From NCBI GenBank assembly GCA_027001995.1, contig JALTLO010000043.1:1-62895 (forward strand): a stretch of 62,895 nucleotides of DNA, given 5' to 3'. Below, one piece after another: positions 56,710 through 62,895 of the stretch. Below the pieces are notes generated by a model. It was not told the DNA's origin, searched no databases, and saw only the letters and a program-made list of their open reading frames with translations. The DNA comes from Planctomycetota bacterium (lineage in GTDB: Bacteria; Planctomycetota; GCA-002687715; DRQF01). The position numbers and the translations under genes are program-made. Numbering within the stretch: position 1 is the stretch's first letter; every line of letters starts with the position of its first letter.

Positions 56710-59199
56710 CTATTCTTTGACCAGCTTGATCTGAAGGGGCCCATGAATGAGTTCGGCCTCGGTAAGCTCTCGTGGGAGGTAACCGTTTCTCTTGATGATG
56801 ACACCGGTGCCTTTCGAGCTTCGCTGTCGCACGAGATGGAGGTGGCATTCGTCGGATCTCAGGATGTTTCGTCCTTGGCTATGGCGGCCTGTTTCTTCTA
56901 CTTGAAATTGCTTCAGCATCTCCCCGGCCCCATCTGTGACCGTCAGGTCCGTGATTTTGTAGCGATTAGCATCGAATGAGAGGGTGAGCGCCCGGGTTTC
57001 TTGTGCTGCTAAAGCAATATCCGTCAATTGGGCCAGGACTTGTCCGTGGGCATCCAATCCCTCAACAGTGAATGATGCGTTGGGAGTGAAGTTGGGTAGA
57101 GTGACTTGTTTCCCCGGGCGGTACTTGAGGGTGATTTGGGTGCCTTCGTCGGTGAACGTTGCATCCAGGTAGAGACTTCTCAGTCCATAGAGCCGACCGA
57201 TAAGCTGCTTATGATAGTCCTTGGGAAGGAGATCATGATCGCCTCTGATTCGGATCTGGCTCATCTTCAGGCCGCCTGAAAAGTCAGCGCTTATCCTCAA
57301 CGCGTTGGTTTTTTCTAAGGTGATTCTCTGGGGTTCACTGCCTAAGTTGTGCACCGGAACGCGTTTGGCCTGATAACCTTTCGCGCCGACAAAGACTTCC
57401 GAAACGGATGGGTCTAAAGTGGCCACAAAGCCCTTGCCATTTTGCCGTTTGCTCCGAAGGACGTGGGTGCCCACCGCGATCTTCGGATTGATGATGGGTT
57501 CATCGTTTGCCCCAAAAACTTGATACGGCCAGGCGACGAGGGCTGGCACGGGGATGTCCCCCAAGTGAATTGTGTCGCGGAAATACCCTTGGCGAGGAAG
57601 CGCGATCGTTGTGCCGCCGCGGAGCAGGAATACTTGTGCCTCCTTGAAATGGGCATACTCAACGCTCAAGACGAATTCTCCTTTTGAATTCGTTATTGCT
57701 GTTGGCTGTTCCCGGAGCAGACCATCTTCATTGAATGTCTTGAGAGAAAGCAACTGGCCAGCAATGGGGGCACCGTTTTTGCTAGCAATCACCTTGCCGG
57801 TGAACTGAGACAAGGCCACCACTTTGAGTTTGCTTTTAGTCGTGAGCTCTCTCACTTTTCTCCGTCGTCGAAATTTTGCCGTGCCATCATCAAATCCGAA
57901 TCCTGGCGCTAAAATAAACTGCCCCCTGGAGTTTGCTGGCAGTCCTTGAAAGCGAAAGGTCCCGTCTGGGGCCACATGGCAGAAAAGGCGCCTTTCTTCC
58001 CGTCTTTTGTTCCAGAGTTTGGCCTTGACGAGTTTCGGAAGCTTGGGATTGAGACTCGCTCTTTGAAGATAGAACAGTTTCAAAGATCTGAAGTTGACAT
58101 CGCCTTCGATGGCGACGACGCCGGATAGTTCTTTGCCCTCCTCAAAAACGATTTCATTTCCTTGTTCTAAATCAATAGTCCCCACTTTCACTGGCCACTC
58201 TGGGGTGAGGATGGCGTAGGAATATTGGGTGCGCTCGTGACTAATCCCTTCGGGCCTAAGATAGCCGTCTATCTTGGTGGATCCATAGCCCAAGATGTTG
58301 TCGTCTTCATAGAGCACAACCCGCGCGTTGAAGAGAGGTGTTCGGTTAGGGTTGAGGACGCGGATCTGTGGTCCATGATGGGCCGTGGCTTTGATCTCTT
58401 TTGTTCTGTCTTCAAGAGGTCGGTTGTTGACTGGCTGTTGACCAGAATTGGGTCGGGGGTCTTGAACCGCACTGGATTCATGGGAGCTGAGTGAGCTGAG
58501 TTCTTGCTCGTCGCCTGATTCGGAAGCGTAGATGAAGAGGGCGACGGAAGCCGCTAAGAGGATCGATATGGCCGTAGCGACGTTGTTTTGCAGAGAGGTC
58601 AGAAGCGATTTGAACCCTGCTTGAGCCTTGGCGAGAATCGCTGGAGCGCCGACCAGGTTGGCGTCATGGAGAGCCATGGGTAAGAGGAGCAGGGCCCATG
58701 ATCGCCGATCGCCGTTCATTTTCATGTCGAGTTGTTTGCGAAGCATCTCCAGGGCACGGGTCAATTGACTGCGGACCGTAGCCCCGGGGATTCGACGATT
58801 CTCAGCGATTTCTCTTGGGGTCTGCCCCATGAAATAGCGGGCAACGACGAGGCTTCGGTGGGGTTCCTTCAACTCTTCGATGGCGGCCATGAGGAAGGAT
58901 TGGGCCTCCAGGGACTCAGCCACATCCTGGGGTGTCTCTGTGACTTCCCTTTCATCTTCCTGGTCGAGCCGCTGGTCGACGTGGGTGCTTCGGAGACGGT
59001 CCAGATTCCTGTGTTTGAGGACTTTGCCGAGCCATGCCCGCTCATTCCCTGGCCTGGGTGGGTTCTTAACTGCTGCCAACCAAACGTCTTGAACCAGATC
59101 GTCTGCCTTGCCATCGTCGCGAACCAAGCTGTAGGCCAACCGCCGCAGGAAAGCACTCTGCTGCAATAGATCTTCGATTTGCACACGTTGTTCTGTCAT
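56710..59199 (-). CDS. ECF sigma factor fused to TM and extracytoplasmic beta-sandwich repeats (intact)
   Basis: Region 2 LRRLAYSLVRD...ADDLVQDVW...AWLGKV; region 4 IEELKEPHR...EIA...TVRSQLTRA; TM AISILLAASVALFI; repeats such as FTGKVIAS...TNSKGEF. Confidence 0.9.
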   Translation of the reverse strand: MTEQRVQIEDLLQQSAFLRRLAYSLVRDDGKADDLVQDVWLAAVKNPPRPGNERAWLGKVLKHRNLDRLRSTHVDQRLDQEDEREVTETPQDVAESLEAQSFLMAAIEELKEPHRSLVVARYFMGQTPREIAENRRIPGATVRSQLTRALEMLRKQLDMKMNGDRRSWALLLLPMALHDANLVGAPAILAKAQAGFKSLLTSLQNNVATAISILLAASVALFIYASESGDEQELSSLSSHESSAVQDPRPNSGQQPVNNRPLEDRTKEIKATAHHGPQIRVLNPNRTPLFNARVVLYEDDNILGYGSTKIDGYLRPEGISHERTQYSYAILTPEWPVKVGTIDLEQGNEIVFEEGKELSGVVAIEGDVNFRSLKLFYLQRASLNPKLPKLVKAKLWNKRREERRLFCHVAPDGTFRFQGLPANSRGQFILAPGFGFDDGTAKFRRRRKVRELTTKSKLKVVALSQFTGKVIASKNGAPIAGQLLSLKTFNEDGLLREQPTAITNSKGEFVLSVEYAHFKEAQVFLLRGGTTIALPRQGYFRDTIHLGDIPVPALVAWPYQVFGANDEPIINPKIAVGTHVLRSKRQNGKGFVATLDPSVSEVFVGAKGYQAKRVPVHNLGSEPQRITLEKTNALRISADFSGGLKMSQIRIRGDHDLLPKDYHKQLIGRLYGLRSLYLDATFTDEGTQITLKYRPGKQVTLPNFTPNASFTVEGLDAHGQVLAQLTDIALAAQETRALTLSFDANRYKITDLTVTDGAGEMLKQFQVEETGRHSQGRNILRSDECHLHLVRQRSSKGTGVIIKRNGYLPRELTEAELIHGPLQIKLVKE

Positions 59200-59379
59200 G
59201 GTTCTGCTTCATAGTATCAAGTATGTTCGCCACTGTCTTTATCGTTGGGCATGGTCCATCGCTGCCAGGTTTCTGGTTTTTTGATGGCGAAAATGCCCTT
59301 CTCGGATAGTTTTCCATAGGCTTGCACGTATCATGGGTCTTGTCGTTTTGTGGCTCGCTTGCCAATTGAAGGAGAATTC

Positions 59380-59865
59380 ATGACTTTCATGCCTCGGAGA
59401 ACGCTTCTGAGTTTGGTCATGTTGTTCCTCTTGGCGGTCAATCTGGGGCTTATGTCGATTTTCTACTTTCTGCAGCCCGAGCCAATTGCTGAAGATATTG
59501 TCTGCGCTCAAGAGTTCATGCGTGCCATAGAAGGTGGCAATAATGTTTTCGAGGATGTGGACAAATCTGGCTACGAGATGGCCTATGATCTCCTTCTGCC
59601 AGATTGCCGCGAGGAAAATGAGTTCTCTTCGTTCTTTCATTTCTTTGATGAGCAAGTTCGCAACTTAGGGTTTGTGCAGTCATGGCATCGGCTGAAACGA
59701 GAGCGAGGTCATTTCAACAATCGTCTTCTTCGCTTTCGCGTCGAGTATGGCGGCCTCGATTCATCTTCTTCCTTTGTCGTCTACGAGTTGGCCTTAGCCA
59801 AGGGGCCCCAAGGTTTTGGCATTTCAGGTTATGAGCAGGTTGCGATTGAAAAAGAGGACGGTTGA
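59380..59865 (+). CDS. Hypothetical membrane-anchored protein
   Basis: Strong GAAGGAG RBS before ATG 59380; N-terminal TM; stop directly abuts the hydantoinase A start. Confidence 0.7.
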   Translation: MTFMPRRTLLSLVMLFLLAVNLGLMSIFYFLQPEPIAEDIVCAQEFMRAIEGGNNVFEDVDKSGYEMAYDLLLPDCREENEFSSFFHFFDEQVRNLGFVQSWHRLKRERGHFNNRLLRFRVEYGGLDSSSSFVVYELALAKGPQGFGISGYEQVAIEKEDG

Positions 59866-61893
59866 ATGGGCCATCGTTTTCAGCCGGATCTGGGTGTTGA
59901 TGTCGGTGGGACATTCACCGATTTCATCACTCGTGACGGCAAGAGCTTCAAGCTTCTTTCTCATTCGAAGAAACCCGGGGCTGTCTTGGTGGAGGGCGCA
60001 GAGCACCTTTTTTCCGGGGAAGACTTGGGGGCATCTCGATTGCAAATTGCCCATGGTACCACTGCGGCCACCAATGCGATTCTGACCAACGACTTGGCCC
60101 CAACCGCTTTCTTGGTGACCGAAGGATTTCGCGACATCTTAGCGCTGGGCCGACAAAGTCGGCCCAAACTCTATGACCTGGAGCCTAAGCCACTCTTTGG
60201 AGGCCCGGATCGGGGTCATGTTATTGAAGTGCCGGAGAGGGTGGACGTGTCCGGGCAGGTCTTGCAGGAAATCGATTGTTCAGAAGTCATCGAGAAAGCT
60301 CTGGTCTTGTCCAAGTCGGGGGTTCAGAGTTTTGCTGTCTGCTTGCTCCACAGCTACAAGAATCCCCAACACGAACGAGTCTTGGGTGAAGCCTTGAGGC
60401 AACTTGGACTGCAAGTGACGTGTTCTTCAGAGCTCGTCCCGGAGTTCCGCGAATTCGAGCGCTTTGCCACGGCATTTACCAATGCTGGTCTGGTGCCTCT
60501 GATGCGCGGGTATGTGGCAGACCTCAAAGAACATGGGGCCAAGTTAGGGAAAACTTGGGGGCGAGAAGAGGACCCGCAGTTTTACTTGATGCAAAGTGAC
60601 GGGGGGGTGATGAGCCTCGATCTCGCCCAGGAAGAACCGGTGCGCCTTGTCTTGTCAGGGCCAGCCGGGGGTGTGGTCGGTGCATGGCATGGGGCGGCCA
60701 CCAAGGAACGCCAACGCCTGATTACCTTTGATATGGGCGGCACCTCCACGGATGTGGCTTTGTTGGATGGTGGGGAGCCTGTGGTTGGCCAAGCCGAGAT
60801 TGCTGGGCGACCGCTCTTAGTCCCGGTTCTTGACATTCATACCGTGGGGGCTGGGGGCGGCTCTATTGCCCGCCGTGATCTAGGAGGCGCTTTGCTTGTG
60901 GGACCGAGTAGTGCTGGCTCATCGCCTGGACCAGCCTGCTATGGCTTGGGGGGACCAGCGACCGTCACAGATGCTCATGTGTTCTTGGGGCGAATTCCCA
61001 AGGGGCACTTCTTAGGTGGGAGTTTTGATGTAGACCATGAAGCCGCAGCTAAGCAGATAGAGGCCTTAGGGGCGGAGCTGGGGTTGTCGCCCATAACTTG
61101 TGCCCTTGGTATTTTGGAGGTGGCTGAGTCAACCATGGAGAGGGCTCTTCGCCGTATCTCTCTAGAGCGTGGATTCGATCCCCGGTTGTTCTCTCTTGTT
61201 TGTTTCGGCGGCGCTGGCGCTCTACACGGCGCGTCTTTGGCCAGGAAGTTGGATCTCGCCGAAGTTGTCGTGCCACGAGACCCTGGCCTACTTTCAGCCA
61301 AAGGGATGTTGTGGGCCCGACAAAAACGAGAGTATTCGGTGTCCCTTGTGGGGGTTGAAGCCAGTGAGATTCTCAGCCCAAGCTCATCGTTCTTCTCCGA
61401 TCTGCGTCAGCGGGCCCAGTCTGACATGACGGCCAGTGGCGGGGATTTAGGGGAGGCTCAAGTTCTGAGTCTTTGCGACTTACGTTACGCAGGCCAAAGT
61501 TTCTCAATGACTATAGAAGTTGTTGAGGGCGAGTCATTGAATGAAAAGTTTCATCAAGCTCATCGACGCCAGTATGGTTTTGATCTTGAGGACACCGACA
61601 CGGGCATTGAAGTCACCAACATTCGGTTGCGGGTTTTGGGCCAAGAGTTGTTGGCAGAGGCGGAGCCCTCAGAGACTATGGAAGGGCCAGCGCTGCCTAT
61701 CGAATACGCCGCGGTGATATTTGGGGATTCTGCGGAAGACGTTCCCATATATCAAAGGGCATCCATTGGCGTCGGCCAGGGCATATCTGGCCCAGCTTTG
61801 ATCGTCGAATACTCCTCCACGGTGGTGGTGCCGCCTGATTTCGAGTTGGCTGTGGAACAGGGAGGCAACCTTGTCTTGCGGTGCAAAGAATGA
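59866..61893 (+). CDS. Hydantoinase A / 5-oxoprolinase family protein
   Basis: GVDVGGTFTD, HGTTAATNA, SGPAGG, FDMGGTSTD, IHTVGAGGGS, PGPACYG, FGGAGALH. Confidence 0.95.
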   Translation: MGHRFQPDLGVDVGGTFTDFITRDGKSFKLLSHSKKPGAVLVEGAEHLFSGEDLGASRLQIAHGTTAATNAILTNDLAPTAFLVTEGFRDILALGRQSRPKLYDLEPKPLFGGPDRGHVIEVPERVDVSGQVLQEIDCSEVIEKALVLSKSGVQSFAVCLLHSYKNPQHERVLGEALRQLGLQVTCSSELVPEFREFERFATAFTNAGLVPLMRGYVADLKEHGAKLGKTWGREEDPQFYLMQSDGGVMSLDLAQEEPVRLVLSGPAGGVVGAWHGAATKERQRLITFDMGGTSTDVALLDGGEPVVGQAEIAGRPLLVPVLDIHTVGAGGGSIARRDLGGALLVGPSSAGSSPGPACYGLGGPATVTDAHVFLGRIPKGHFLGGSFDVDHEAAAKQIEALGAELGLSPITCALGILEVAESTMERALRRISLERGFDPRLFSLVCFGGAGALHGASLARKLDLAEVVVPRDPGLLSAKGMLWARQKREYSVSLVGVEASEILSPSSSFFSDLRQRAQSDMTASGGDLGEAQVLSLCDLRYAGQSFSMTIEVVEGESLNEKFHQAHRRQYGFDLEDTDTGIEVTNIRLRVLGQELLAEAEPSETMEGPALPIEYAAVIFGDSAEDVPIYQRASIGVGQGISGPALIVEYSSTVVVPPDFELAVEQGGNLVLRCKE

Positions 61894-62895
61894 ACCCTAT
61901 TGACATTGAAGTCTTTCGTCATCGCTTTCAATCCATCGCCGAAGAAATGGGGGTAGTCCTGTGTCAAGCAGCCTTCTCTGCCAACATCAAAGAGCGCCTC
62001 GATTTTTCCTGTGCCATCACTGACGGTGACGGAGCCATGGTTGCACAGGCCGCTCACATCCCTGTGCACCTGGGCTCCTGTCATTTGACTGCCAGGCATA
62101 TTTTAGGGCAGGTTGATTTGAAGCCCGGAGATGTCGTTTGCTTAAACGATCCCTATCGCGGCGGGACCCACCTGCCAGATGTCACCTTCTTTATGCCGGT
62201 CTTTCTTGACGGTGATGAAGCAGCAAGTTTTGGCGTCATCAGCCGGGCACATCATGCGGATATCGGTGGTGGAGTACCGGGATCCATGGGGGATTTCGAT
62301 GAGATATTCAAAGAGGGGTTGATTATCCCTCCTGTCAAAATCGTTCGGGAAGGGATCCTGAATCTGGATATCCTTGACTTGATTTTGGCGAATGTGCGCA
62401 CGCCTCGAGAACGACACGGCGACCTCATGGCTCAATTGGCCAGTGTTCGCCGAGGAAGCAACCGGCTGAAAGAAACCGCGGAGCGCTATGGCAAGCCCAT
62501 CATGATTGAGGCCGGCCATGCCCTGATGGATCGATCAGAGCGGGCTATGGAGGAGTTGATCTCTCAGCTTCCAGATGGCAACTATGATTTTCGCGATTTT
62601 TTAGATGCCAAAGATGGGCCGATCATCTGTGTTGCTATTGAGATTCGCGGCAACAAAGCAACGGTGGATTTTGAAGGTTCATCGGAAGCGGTCGCTGGAG
62701 CGCTCAACGCTCATGAAGCTATCACTTTGTCTTGTGTCTTCTATGCATTTCGCTGTCTCGCAAGTGAAGATGTTCCTACCAACTCCGGGATCCTGCGGCC
62801 ATTTCGATTGCGGCTTCCACGCAGAACGCTTGTCAGTGCGGAGTTTCCTTCTGCGGTCGCCGCAGGAAATGTGGAGACTTCTCAAAGAATCGTGG
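61890..62895 (+). CDS. Hydantoinase B / oxoprolinase family protein (3' end lies outside the window; absent from the ORF track)
   Basis: ATGA overlap at 61890; MNPIDIEVFRHRFQSIAEEMG...SANIKERLDFSCA...HIPVHLG...NDPYRGGTHLPD...HHADIGG. Confidence 0.95.
   Translation, partial: MNPIDIEVFRHRFQSIAEEMGVVLCQAAFSANIKERLDFSCAITDGDGAMVAQAAHIPVHLGSCHLTARHILGQVDLKPGDVVCLNDPYRGGTHLPDVTFFMPVFLDGDEAASFGVISRAHHADIGGGVPGSMGDFDEIFKEGLIIPPVKIVREGILNLDILDLILANVRTPRERHGDLMAQLASVRRGSNRLKETAERYGKPIMIEAGHALMDRSERAMEELISQLPDGNYDFRDFLDAKDGPIICVAIEIRGNKATVDFEGSSEAVAGALNAHEAITLSCVFYAFRCLASEDVPTNSGILRPFRLRLPRRTLVSAEFPSAVAAGNVETSQRIV

Noticed and set aside
59863..59868. In-frame TGA-ATG junction as a second Sec site or gene fusion
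   Set aside because: No Cys-motif context; hydantoinase A has its own GAGG RBS and a normal N-terminus.

Overview
Gene-dense bacterial chromosomal segment (GC roughly mid-50s % by eye). I recognised no rRNA, tRNA, CRISPR array, transposase or phage genes. Membrane-anchored ECF sigma fusions, three Hanks-type Ser/Thr kinases, FG-GAP proteins and a pilin-like gene suggest a Planctomycetota genome (inference, not a database result). In order: 3' end of a TonB-dependent receptor plus a TtpB/TtpC/ExbB/ExbD/TonB/TPR operon; a membrane-anchored beta-sandwich repeat protein; an FHA kinase; three secreted proteins (MAM/Ig-like, 14x FG-GAP, NIDO-like) that appear to share one unnamed ~110-aa module; small-multidrug-export protein; pilin-like protein; TPR lipoprotein and kinase; proS-CPBP protease-polysaccharide deacetylase; an ECF sigma fusion broken by an in-frame TAG; SRPBCC protein; a TlpA-like selenoprotein (W-UGA-G-P-C plus SECIS-like hairpin) that the ORF track splits in two; pstSCAB-phoU; MMPL + LolA-like + beta-barrel operon with a divergent TetR and visible operators; TPR kinase; 2-oxoacid:ferredoxin oxidoreductase; M61-like pseudo-peptidase-plsY-gpsA; M1 aminopeptidase; an intact ECF fusion; hydantoinase/oxoprolinase A and B (B cut by the window edge). 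Best candidates for new biology: the shared secreted-protein module (possible lineage-specific sorting or anchoring domain), the ECF-fusion fission series, the periplasmic selenoprotein, the TetR-controlled trans-envelope lipid-transport-like operon, and a pervasive Gln at +1 of signal peptides. All family calls come from reading motifs by eye.
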